This document shows positions 16,145 through 24,852 of a stretch of DNA of 50,794 nucleotides, piece after piece. The position numbers and the translations under genes are program-made. Source of the DNA: Actinomycetota bacterium. Its GTDB lineage: Bacteria > Actinomycetota > Thermoleophilia > Gaiellales > Gaiellaceae. Each line of letters opens with the position of its first letter. The stretch's first letter is position 1. Under the pieces are notes generated by a model. That model ran no database searches and was not told where the DNA came from. It saw nothing but the letters and a program-made list of their open reading frames with translations. The stretch covers positions 1-50,794 of the forward strand of contig JBKPFG010000122.1 in NCBI GenBank assembly GCA_046728735.1, written 5' to 3'.

Positions 16145-17215
16145 CTACGACAGGAGCCGCGCGGCCGCACGGCGAAAGCGCAGCGGCACCCGGCGCCGCA
16201 CCCGCTTCGGAACGGCGCGAACGACCAGTCGCGAAGCTGCTCGGGATCCCGTCCTTGGCTGGCCCTTCGCCGCCCAGGCCGATGATTGGGCGATCGCCTC
16301 GGCCTCCTCGTACAACTGGACGTAGCTCACACGGGCCCCGTCGAAGTCGGCCAGCAAGGCATCGGTCTCCGTCTCGTCCTCACTCGCCAGTCGGCTGAGG
16401 AGCTCCCACACCGCCTCGGCCTGGGCGCGAAGCGTCTCCGGGATATCGAAGCCGTCCCAGCTCTCGCGCGAGCGGCTCAAGCTGGGCTCGATGAACTCCT
16501 CCACTCCCCGCAGGGAGGTCCAGGAAGCATCGCGCACCGGGTCGAGCCCGAGCCTCTCCCCGAGTCGGCCCACCGCGAGCGCCCAGTCGGCGAGCAGCTC
16601 GTCGTACCGGATGAAGGCTCGCTTCGCGTCGCGGGTCGCCCGCTCGGTGAACAGAACCTGGTTCAGCCAGCCGGCCGTGCGGCTCGCGTCGCCTTGCCAC
16701 GTCCCGTACCAGCGCTGCTTACTCCCGATCACGGCTGCGGGGTGTCGCAAGGTGGTCGCGAAGCAGGGCTGGATCCCGAGGTCCTCCGCGCAACGCTGCC
16801 AGAGCGGGAGAAACCACGAAAGGCGCGGGTCCTTGATCACGATGTTGTCCGCTTCGGCGAGCTGGCTCTTCAACCAGGACCGCAGGCGCCGCTCGGCGGA
16901 CGGGTCGAAGGACACCTCAGCCGCGAGGCTCCAGGCCGCGGGCCTGGCGTCCGAGGTCTGGACCCGTGCCCGCGTCAGCAGGTCGATATGGAAGTCGACG
17001 ACCCACTGCGACTCTGCGAACCCGCGCGGATTCGTCTCGTCGGCCGGCACCTCGGGCTGCGGAACGTGGAAGCCGAGCCGCTGCAAGATCCCTGAGAGGA
17101 CGCTCGTCCCGCTCCGGCCCGAGCCGGCGACGAGCACGAGCGTCCGTCGCGGGCTCTCAGGCGCACCGTCCCGGGCCCCTGTCGGCGTCAGCTGTCTCTC
17201 CGGCGTGTCGACCAT
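16145..17215 (-). CDS. Sulfotransferase family protein (Stf0-like P-loop type) with a basic C-terminal tail
   Basis: ATG 17215 (MVDTPERQ). The PAPS loop is LVLVAGSGRSGTSVLSGIL, and IVIKDPRLSWFLPLW is also present. The Arg-rich tail reads VPKRVRRRVPLRFRRAAARLLS. Its stop abuts the stop of the convergent gene with zero spacer. Confidence 0.75.
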   Translation of the reverse strand: MVDTPERQLTPTGARDGAPESPRRTLVLVAGSGRSGTSVLSGILQRLGFHVPQPEVPADETNPRGFAESQWVVDFHIDLLTRARVQTSDARPAAWSLAAEVSFDPSAERRLRSWLKSQLAEADNIVIKDPRLSWFLPLWQRCAEDLGIQPCFATTLRHPAAVIGSKQRWYGTWQGDASRTAGWLNQVLFTERATRDAKRAFIRYDELLADWALAVGRLGERLGLDPVRDASWTSLRGVEEFIEPSLSRSRESWDGFDIPETLRAQAEAVWELLSRLASEDETETDALLADFDGARVSYVQLYEEAEAIAQSSAWAAKGQPRTGSRAASRLVVRAVPKRVRRRVPLRFRRAAARLLS

Positions 17216-17295
17216 GCGGGCTCGATGGAGGATGGCATTTTTGACCGGCTTGCGTCTTTCCTCGTGACGTAAGCTGGCTCGGTGCGGCGACGGAG

Positions 17296-18246
17296 GTGAC
17301 TGTGACCGGAGCCCTCGAGGCCGTCCTGAAGAACCGAGAGGGTCACGAGGATTTCGACGCGCGGCGGGGCTGGTCGGAAGGCCCACTCCGCGCGGGGCTG
17401 ACCGCGGTCGTGCGGGCCAAGGACGAGGCACGAACGCTCCCGTGGGTGCTGCCCGCCCTCCTGCGAGCGGCGGACCACGTCGTGCTCGTCGACAACGGCT
17501 CCACGGACGCCACGGCGGACGTCTCCCGAGGGATCGCGCGGGAAGAAGGAGTCGAGGAGCGCCTCGAAATCCGCTCCTATCCGTTCCAGGTGTCCCGCTG
17601 CGGCCCGGAGCACCTGGCGACGCCGGCCGACTCCGTCCACAGCCTGACCTACTTCTACAACTGGTCGTTCGCGCACGTGCGAACGACGTACGTGCTCAAG
17701 TGGGATGCGGACATGGTCCTCTCGGAGGCCCTCGTTCGCATGCTCCGCGACCTGGCGTGGCAGCTGGAGGCTGCCGAGGCGGTCGTGCAGATCCCGCGCC
17801 ATCCCCTGTACGTCGCCGACGAGCACCACGGATTTCTGGACACTGTCCTCGCCAACTCCGAGCCGTGGGTGTGGCCGAACAGGCCGGGGTACGGCTTCGC
17901 GAAGGGATTCGACTGGGAGCTGACGGTTTTTTCGCCTCGAGCCCGGTGGCTCAGCCTGCCGCGCTGGACGTGCGTCGAGTTGAAGCACCTCGATGCGGAC
18001 GAGTTCTCCCACTGGTCGCACGCCGACTTCGAGCAGAGCGCGCGCACCCGGCGAAAGCTGCGTGAGCGGACGGTGTTCGAGGCCCTCGCAGCCGGAATGG
18101 AGCCGCCCGAAGGCGTCGTGCCGATCGAGGCACCCCCGGACCGGCACATCATCGAGCTGGTGCGGTCGAGCTGGCTGCGGGAAAGAGCCGCGGAGCCTGA
18201 TCCGGCCGGTAGGGTCGTGGACCGATTCACGCGCCGCGCCTCCTGA
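17296..18246 (+). CDS. GT-A fold glycosyltransferase (GT2-like)
   Basis: Translation reads LTAVVRAKDEARTLPWVLPALLRAADHVVLVDNGSTDATADV, plus a DxD-like KWDADM. The start is GTG 17296 or, more likely, GTG 17302, which lies 5 nt after a GGAGG. Confidence 0.75.
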   Translation: MTVTGALEAVLKNREGHEDFDARRGWSEGPLRAGLTAVVRAKDEARTLPWVLPALLRAADHVVLVDNGSTDATADVSRGIAREEGVEERLEIRSYPFQVSRCGPEHLATPADSVHSLTYFYNWSFAHVRTTYVLKWDADMVLSEALVRMLRDLAWQLEAAEAVVQIPRHPLYVADEHHGFLDTVLANSEPWVWPNRPGYGFAKGFDWELTVFSPRARWLSLPRWTCVELKHLDADEFSHWSHADFEQSARTRRKLRERTVFEALAAGMEPPEGVVPIEAPPDRHIIELVRSSWLRERAAEPDPAGRVVDRFTRRAS

Positions 18247-18284
18247 CGTAGTCGGGCTGACGGCGTTCGTTAGCCTGACGAGTC

Positions 18285-20177
18285 GTGTCCGAGCCAGGGC
18301 TCACCGTTGTCCAGCCGCAAAGTGGCGGGCTCGAAACGGCCCGGGGTGAGTACGTGTGGTTCGCCGAGACGGACGACACCGCCCCGGCCGAATTGGCGGC
18401 GATCTCCACGCGGCTCGAGGAAGCTCGTCCCGACGTCCTTCTGCTCGACGCGGGACCGCGCGCGCCGCGCGAGCCGTTCACGGTCGAGGAATGGCCGCCG
18501 GCGCTCGATCTCGCGCCGGGACTGGGCGGCAAGGTCTTCCGGCGGGCGTTCCTTCGCGAGCTCGGACTCGGGCCGGCTCAGGGCGATTTCGGTGAGCTAC
18601 CCCTCACCTATACGGCCTTGCTCGCCGCCGAGAGGATTGCGGCCTGGGAGGGTGGGGCGCCTCCCCCTGCACCCGAGCGGCAACCGGATCCGATTGCCGT
18701 CTTCGCCGCCTACGACCTCGTCTTCGAGGCCGCCGACGAGCTTGGCTCGGCCTTCGAGGCGAGGCGCCGATTGCTGCCGGTTTCGATGCTTCTCCACTAC
18801 CTGGCCCTGATCGAGACGCTGTCGGACGACCGGCGGACGGAGTTCTTTGCCCTGATGTCGCAGAGCTACGCGAAGCGGGCGCGGGGCGACGAGAGGGTCT
18901 CCCCGGACCGGCGCACGGAGTTCCACGCGCGGCGAACGTCCTCGGGGCGAGGCCGCGACGGGGCCCGCGCTCGCCCGATCCAGGCCCTGCGCCCTGCCAG
19001 GCGCACGGCGCTTCGTGCCTACTACGCGTTCCAACTTCGGCGACCTGTCGACAGCGATCTCGCCGTCTTCGCCGCCTACTGGTACGCGAGCGTCGCCTGC
19101 AATCCGCGCGCGATCTTCGACCGGCTGCGCGAGCTTTGCCCACGCGTTCGAGGCGTCTGGGTCGTCGACCGCGAGCACGAGGGCGCCGTCCCCGCGGGCA
19201 TCCCCTACGTCGTCGCGGGGTCGCGCCGGTACCTGCGCCTGATCGCGCGTGCGAAGTGGTTCGTCAACAACGTTGGCTTTCCGGAAGAGGTCGTCAAGCG
19301 CGACGGGACGGTCCGCGTGCACACCCACCACGGCACGCCTGTGAAGACCATGGGCCTCGATCTCCGTGACGCCTTCGTGGCCGGCTGGCGCACCGACTTC
19401 GCGCGACAGCGCCGCCGCTGGGCGCGCTGGGACTACAGCGTCACCCAGAACCGATTCACGAGCAGGGAGTGGGCCCGTGCGTATCCCGGCCCGTACGAGA
19501 CCCTGGAGGTCGGCTATCCGCGCAACGACGTGCTCGCGAACGCGACCGAGGAAGACGTTCGGCGCGTTCGGCAGGAGCTCGAGATCGATCCGAATCGAAT
19601 CGCGATCCTCTACGCGCCCACGCACCGTGAGTACGTGCCCGGGTTCGTCTCCCCACTCGAGGTCGAACGGTTCGCCGAACGGCTCGGTGACGAATACCTC
19701 GTCCTTGCCCGGACGCACTACCTCCAGGCCAGGCCGTCTTCCGAAGAGCCGCAAGCAGACCGAGTCCGTGATGTGAGCGGACATCCGTCCATCGAGGATC
19801 TCTTCCTGGCCGCGGACGTGCTCGTCACCGACTACTCGTCCGTGCTTTTCGACTACGCCGTGCTCGACCGACCCCTCGTCGTGCACGCGCCGGACTGGGA
19901 GGTCTACAGCGCTCTGCGCGGCACCTACCTGGACCTCACGGCCGAGCCGCCCGGCGTCGTCACCCGCACGGAGGACGATCTCGTCGACGCCTTTCGAAGC
20001 CGGCGGGTCTGGGGGGAGGAGGCCTCCGCCCTCCGGGCGGCCTTCCGCAGGCGTTTCTGCTCGCGCGAGGACGGCCATGCCGCCGAGCGGGTCGTGCGCG
20101 CCGTCTGGCTCGCGGAGGCAGTCGCGCCAGTCGAGGCGACCGGCGAAGCGACCCGCCGGGAGACGATCGGCGCGTGA
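18285..20177 (+). CDS. CDP-glycerol glycerophosphotransferase family protein (TagF/TagB/TarF-like) with a truncated N-terminal GT2 remnant
   Basis: C-terminal Glyphos_transf blocks are present: VHTHHGTPVKTMG, ILYAPTHRE and VLVTDYSSVLFDYAVLDRPLVVHAPD. The N-terminus (QPQSGGLETARGEYVWFAETDD) matches only the second half of the GT2 domain seen intact in 21298..24759. Confidence 0.85.
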   Translation: MSEPGLTVVQPQSGGLETARGEYVWFAETDDTAPAELAAISTRLEEARPDVLLLDAGPRAPREPFTVEEWPPALDLAPGLGGKVFRRAFLRELGLGPAQGDFGELPLTYTALLAAERIAAWEGGAPPPAPERQPDPIAVFAAYDLVFEAADELGSAFEARRRLLPVSMLLHYLALIETLSDDRRTEFFALMSQSYAKRARGDERVSPDRRTEFHARRTSSGRGRDGARARPIQALRPARRTALRAYYAFQLRRPVDSDLAVFAAYWYASVACNPRAIFDRLRELCPRVRGVWVVDREHEGAVPAGIPYVVAGSRRYLRLIARAKWFVNNVGFPEEVVKRDGTVRVHTHHGTPVKTMGLDLRDAFVAGWRTDFARQRRRWARWDYSVTQNRFTSREWARAYPGPYETLEVGYPRNDVLANATEEDVRRVRQELEIDPNRIAILYAPTHREYVPGFVSPLEVERFAERLGDEYLVLARTHYLQARPSSEEPQADRVRDVSGHPSIEDLFLAADVLVTDYSSVLFDYAVLDRPLVVHAPDWEVYSALRGTYLDLTAEPPGVVTRTEDDLVDAFRSRRVWGEEASALRAAFRRRFCSREDGHAAERVVRAVWLAEAVAPVEATGEATRRETIGA

Positions 20178-21298
20178 GGGACACCCAGGAAGGCTTGGGG
20201 CCGAAGCGGCTCGTGCTCGTGGTCGGGGGCGGGCGCGGCGCGAGTCTCCTCTCCGGCATCCTCGGCCGCTTGGGCTTCCACGTGCCCCAGCCGGAGGTCG
20301 GGGCCCGAGATACCGATCCACCTGGATTCGGCGAGCCGCGCTGGGTGGTCAGGTTCCACAGGCGGCTGCTGCGCGACCGAGGCGTGACCGTCTTCGATCC
20401 TCGCCCCTCCGCGTGGGAGAGCCTCGCCGCGCTGAGCGAGGACGAGCAGGTGATCGAGGAGCTGACGTCCTGGCTCGCGGTTCAGTTCGTCGGCTCGGAA
20501 GGAGTCGTGGTCAACGATTCGCGCAACGCCCGGTTCCTCCCGCTCTGGCGGCGCTGCGCGGACGGGCTCCGCGCGGAGAGCTCGTTCGCAACCCTGCTGC
20601 GCCACCCCGCTGGGGTCATCAGGAGCGCTCGCACCTCCTACGGCATCTGGCAGAGCGACGCGAGCAGAGCTGCAGCGTGGCTCAACGTCAACCTGCACGC
20701 CGAGCATTCCACGCGCGACTCCCGGCGTGCCTTCGTTCGCACGGAGGACCTGCTGGAGGACTGGGCGCGGGAGCTTTCTCGCTGCGGCGAGCTCCTGGAC
20801 GTTCCGTGGCTCGCCGGGGTCGACCCGGCCGACCATCCGGACGTGGAGGACCTCGTCGACCGCTCGGCCGGGCACTCCGCTCCGGACTGGGACCAGGTCG
20901 AGGTGCCCACCCCCTTGCAGGAGCTGTGTGAGGACGTCTGGGCGAAGCTCTGCGCGCTCGCCGCTCCGGGCGGTGACACGGGAGCGGCGCGGGAGGCGCT
21001 CGATGCTGCCCGTGCAGCACGCGGCGACCACCACGCCGAGGCGACGGCGCTACGGTCGCTCACGGCGGTGAGGCCACGCCTGGCAGCCGGGCCCTCACCC
21101 CAAGCGAACGGGCGCGGGCGAAGCGAGCCGCTGATGAAGCGGATCGTCCCGCTCGGCATGCGGGAGTCGTTACGGGCGAGTGACGGGCTTCCGGTGGCGG
21201 TGCGGCTGATGCTCCTCGTTCCCCTGCGTTACCGAGAGCGCATGCCGGTCCCCGCGGTGGACGCCGCGCGTCGAGTCGTGCGAGCCCTCCGGCGCTAG
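20174..21298 (+). CDS. Sulfotransferase-family paralogue with a degenerate PAPS-binding loop
   Basis: GTG 20174 overlaps the upstream stop as GTGA. The protein is colinear with 16145..17215 (LGFHVPQPEV, RFLPLWRRCA, ATLLRHPAGVI). However, the P-loop reads GGGRGASLL instead of GSGRSGTSVL, and KDPR is replaced by NDSR. Confidence 0.7.
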   Translation: MRDTQEGLGPKRLVLVVGGGRGASLLSGILGRLGFHVPQPEVGARDTDPPGFGEPRWVVRFHRRLLRDRGVTVFDPRPSAWESLAALSEDEQVIEELTSWLAVQFVGSEGVVVNDSRNARFLPLWRRCADGLRAESSFATLLRHPAGVIRSARTSYGIWQSDASRAAAWLNVNLHAEHSTRDSRRAFVRTEDLLEDWARELSRCGELLDVPWLAGVDPADHPDVEDLVDRSAGHSAPDWDQVEVPTPLQELCEDVWAKLCALAAPGGDTGAAREALDAARAARGDHHAEATALRSLTAVRPRLAAGPSPQANGRGRSEPLMKRIVPLGMRESLRASDGLPVAVRLMLLVPLRYRERMPVPAVDAARRVVRALRR

Positions 21299-24200
21299 TG
21301 ATGGCTCCGCGCGTCAGCGTCGTCGTCCCGATCTTCAACGTCGCGCCCTACCTCGAGGCCTGCCTGGAATCGCTCGCCGCCCAGACGGCCGGGGACCTCG
21401 AGGTCATCATGGTCGACGACGGCTCGACGGACGAGAGTCCCGTGATTGCGGAGCGGTTCGCAGCTCGAGACGGTCGCTTCCGGCTCGTTCGGCAGCCGAA
21501 CTCAGGTCTCGGCGCCGCACGAAACACCGGCGCCCGGCACGCGACCGGGGAGTTCCTCGCCTTCGTGGACAGCGACGACGTCGTGACCGCTAACGCGTAC
21601 GAGCTCCTCCTCGCCGCGCTCGAGGAGACCGGCTCCGATTTCGCCTCCGGCGCGGTCTTGCGCCTGACGGCCTTCGGGACCGCTTCGGTTCCGTTCCTCG
21701 CTCCTGCCTTCGAGCGCACGCGCCTGCGAACGCACATCACGCGCTTTCCCGCGCTGCGGGCCGACCGCACCGCCTGGAACAAGCTCTTCCGGCGGTCGTT
21801 CTGGGACCAACACGACCTGCGGTTTCCCGAAGGCGTTCTCTACGAGGACACCCCGACCACGCTCCCGGCTCACTACCTGGCCGGCACGGTCGACGTGATC
21901 GAGGAGCCCGTCTACCTCTGGCGGATGCGCGAGGGCGGCGACCTCTCGATCACCCAGCGTCGCACCGATCCGAAGTCGCTGCGAGATCGAGTCGCGGCCG
22001 TCGAGTACGTGAGCCGCTTCCTCGCAGACCGGAAGATGACGGTCTCCAAGGCGCTCTACGACCGCACCGTCCTCCGACACGACCTCCGCTTCTTCCTGGC
22101 GGTGCTGCCGAGCGCCGACGAGGAGTACCGGGAGCTCTTCCTCGAGCTCGTCAACGGCTTCCTCGACCGCGCGCATCCTTCCGCGATCGAACAGCTCTTC
22201 GCCATCGACCGCCTCAAGTGGCAGCTCGTCAGGCTGAGGGCGGTGCCGGAGCTCCTGGAGGTCATTCGATTCGAGATCGAGGAGCTTCCCGGGAAGCTTC
22301 CGCTTCGGAGCGGCAGACGATGGTACGGCGACTATCCCTACCGGGACGACCCCCGGCTCGCCATCCCGCAAAAGGTCTTCGAGCTCCGCGACGAGCTCGG
22401 ACCGATCGTTCGAATCGAACGGCTCGCGTGGGAGGGGGAGGAGCTTCGCATCGAGGGATACGCCTACATCGACATGCTCGGAGCGCCGGAGCCCGGATCC
22501 CGGAAGCTCGAGCTCGTCGCGAAGCACCTCGGCTGGCCGCCGAAGCGGATCCGTCTCCACACCGAGGAAGTCCATCGCCCGGACCTGACCGCGTCGAGCG
22601 CTCAGCAGCTCGTCTCGCTCGATTACGCAGGATTCGTGGCCACGCTCAACGGTGAAGGCCTCAAGCGCGGAGGCGCCTGGCGAGAAGGATCGTGGGAGCT
22701 TCGGGCTGCGATTTCCACCGAGGGGCTCGTGCGGAAGACCGAGCGGATCGATCGTGCCCCCTTGCACCCTGTCGTTCCCGCCGAGGTCGCCGATCGGGAC
22801 GGCGTCCGGGTGCGCGCGGCAGTCGGTTCTGCGGGAGAGCTCGGGATCCGGGTACGACGGCAGCGCTCGGCAGCATCCGCCGTTCGCCTGGCTGACGGCA
22901 TCGTCGAGCTCGAAGGGGAGCTCGCGCATGGGGGCGGGGGGAAGATGGCGCTCCACGTCCGCGGGCCGCAGTCGAGTCGCTCGTTCCCGGTTCACGTGGA
23001 CCGCTCCAGGCATCCGGCGAGGTTTCTCACCCGCGTGCCGGCGACCGAGCTCGGCGACGCGCGCGTCAGTCTTCACCTCGCCAACGGCCGCCGGCGTCTC
23101 CCGCTGCAGCTTCCCGAGGCGGCCACGAGGGCGATCGAGGGCCTCGGAGCTTCCGTGCTCCGGGACGCGACCTGGTCGTCCGCAGACAGGCTTCGCCTCA
23201 CTGTTCTGCTCTCGGGGACGAGCGAGAAGCAGGAGCTGTTGCTCGCCGGGCTCGGGACTCCGTGGCGCTACGTCGTGCCGCTCGTGCGCGAAGGTGAGAA
23301 CGCGATCGTCGACGTCGAGCTGACCCCCGGCGCCCTGGAGTCTCCGGGGGGTCCGCGACCGCTCGCCGAGGGCATGTACGAGTTGCTCCTCGGGCCGCCC
23401 GGATCGAGGCGAGAGGAGGCTACGCCTCTGGGGTTGGCGTCCTCGGTGCTCGAGCGGCTTCCCCTCTCGTCGCCAAACGGCCCCAGGCGCTTCCACCTCG
23501 GGGTTTCCGACGAAGGAGCGCTGGCCCTCGCCGTCGAGCGCGATCTCGAGGACGGCGAGCGGGGCGGATTCGCCCAGCGCCGACTGCGGACGTCGTTCTA
23601 TCCCGGGCGGCGCACGGAGGAGCTTCGTGACGCGGTTCTCTACGAGTGCTTCGGCGGCAGCGAGTACTCGGACAGCCCGCGCGCCCTCCACGAGGAGCTC
23701 GTCCGTAGGGGCGCCCCGCTGGAGCACCTCTGGGTCGTCCGTGACGGCGCGTTCGACGTGCCCGCGAGCGCGGTCCCGATCCGCGGGCAGAGCCGAGACT
23801 ACTACGAGGCGTACGCCCGGGCTCGCTATGTCGTGGCGAACGACCACTGGCAGCCATGGTGTCGACGACGCCCCGAGCAGGTCTGGCTCCAGGTCTGGCA
23901 CGGAGCTCCGCTCAAGTTGCAGGGAAGGGACCTGGAGGACCGGCCGCTCGCCGTCAAGGAGTACCGGCGAGCGATCGCCCAGGACCCGGAAAACTGGCAG
24001 TACGTCGTCTCGTCGGGCACTTTCGCGACGCCGATCCTCGAGTCGTCCTTCTCGCCCGCGGGTGAGATCGTCGAGACAGGGCTCCCGCGAACCGACCTCC
24101 TGCTGGCGCCCGAGCGGGAAGGGATGGCGGCCGAGGTGAGGCGGCGGCTCGGTCTGGGAGAGGAGACGGTGGTGCTGTATGCGCCCACCTATCGCGACGA

Positions 24201-24759
24201 TCTCGATTACGCCATCGGGTACAAGCCGGGCCTCGTCCGCGATCGGCCGACGTACCAGTCGGACAAGGCGTATCGCGACGGCTATCGCCTTGGATCCACG
24301 CTGGACGTCGCTGCTCTGGCCGCCGAGCTCGGCGAGGGGCACGCCGTGCTCTTCCACAAGCACGCTCGAGTCGCGGACTCGACCCCGATCCGGCTCGGGA
24401 AGGCGCGCGACGTCTCCTGGTATCCGGACGGCATGGAGCTTCTCCTCGTCGCCGACGTGTTCGTCACCGACTACTCCTCCTGGCTCTTCGACTTCGCGGC
24501 GACCGGTCGCCCGATCGTCCTCTTCGCCCCAGACCTCGAGCGATACCGCGACGAGGTTCGCGGGCTGCACGTCGACCTCGCGAGCGAAGCCCCCGGGCCT
24601 GTCGTGGCGACCACCGACGAGGTGATCGAGGCCGTGCGCGATGCCACAAGCGTACGCGCCCGGTTTCAGAAGCCGTATGAGGCGTTCGTCGCCGCCTACT
24701 GCGAGCTGGCGGACGGGCGGGCCTCCAGCCGGGTCGTCGAGCGGATCTTCGGCTTGTGA
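21298..24759 (+). CDS. Bifunctional GT2 glycosyltransferase / CDP-glycerol glycerophosphotransferase (TarF/TagF-like), 1153 aa
   Basis: The N-terminal GT2 domain is intact: VSVVVPIFNVAPYLEACLESL, VDDGSTDES and FVDSDD. A beta-rich middle region of about 430 aa is unassigned. The C-terminal Glyphos_transf blocks are LQVWHGAPLKLQG, VLYAPTYRDD and FVTDYSSWLFDFAATGRPIVLFAPD. The start is GTG 21298 or ATG 21301. Confidence 0.9.
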   Translation: MMAPRVSVVVPIFNVAPYLEACLESLAAQTAGDLEVIMVDDGSTDESPVIAERFAARDGRFRLVRQPNSGLGAARNTGARHATGEFLAFVDSDDVVTANAYELLLAALEETGSDFASGAVLRLTAFGTASVPFLAPAFERTRLRTHITRFPALRADRTAWNKLFRRSFWDQHDLRFPEGVLYEDTPTTLPAHYLAGTVDVIEEPVYLWRMREGGDLSITQRRTDPKSLRDRVAAVEYVSRFLADRKMTVSKALYDRTVLRHDLRFFLAVLPSADEEYRELFLELVNGFLDRAHPSAIEQLFAIDRLKWQLVRLRAVPELLEVIRFEIEELPGKLPLRSGRRWYGDYPYRDDPRLAIPQKVFELRDELGPIVRIERLAWEGEELRIEGYAYIDMLGAPEPGSRKLELVAKHLGWPPKRIRLHTEEVHRPDLTASSAQQLVSLDYAGFVATLNGEGLKRGGAWREGSWELRAAISTEGLVRKTERIDRAPLHPVVPAEVADRDGVRVRAAVGSAGELGIRVRRQRSAASAVRLADGIVELEGELAHGGGGKMALHVRGPQSSRSFPVHVDRSRHPARFLTRVPATELGDARVSLHLANGRRRLPLQLPEAATRAIEGLGASVLRDATWSSADRLRLTVLLSGTSEKQELLLAGLGTPWRYVVPLVREGENAIVDVELTPGALESPGGPRPLAEGMYELLLGPPGSRREEATPLGLASSVLERLPLSSPNGPRRFHLGVSDEGALALAVERDLEDGERGGFAQRRLRTSFYPGRRTEELRDAVLYECFGGSEYSDSPRALHEELVRRGAPLEHLWVVRDGAFDVPASAVPIRGQSRDYYEAYARARYVVANDHWQPWCRRRPEQVWLQVWHGAPLKLQGRDLEDRPLAVKEYRRAIAQDPENWQYVVSSGTFATPILESSFSPAGEIVETGLPRTDLLLAPEREGMAAEVRRRLGLGEETVVLYAPTYRDDLDYAIGYKPGLVRDRPTYQSDKAYRDGYRLGSTLDVAALAAELGEGHAVLFHKHARVADSTPIRLGKARDVSWYPDGMELLLVADVFVTDYSSWLFDFAATGRPIVLFAPDLERYRDEVRGLHVDLASEAPGPVVATTDEVIEAVRDATSVRARFQKPYEAFVAAYCELADGRASSRVVERIFGL

Positions 24760-24852
24760 GCTGTTGCACGGGGCACTACCGGTGAGGCAAGCTCATATAC
24801 TTGCGCCCGCTTCTCGTCCTCTCGCCCCCACGACCGACGCCATCCAGAAGAC

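Noticed and set aside
21502-24570. A 1022-aa ORF antisense to the bifunctional GT2/TagF-like gene. Similar very long antisense ORFs lie at 30362..33442 (1026 aa), 33772..36015 (747 aa), 37372..39207 (611 aa), 18597..20321 (574 aa), 47760..49526 (588 aa) and 25716..27191 (491 aa).
   Set aside because: Their translations are low-complexity Arg/Pro/Gly/Asp-rich strings with no recognisable motifs. They lie exactly opposite genes with strong family signatures. These are typical shadow ORFs caused by stop-codon scarcity in very GC-rich DNA.
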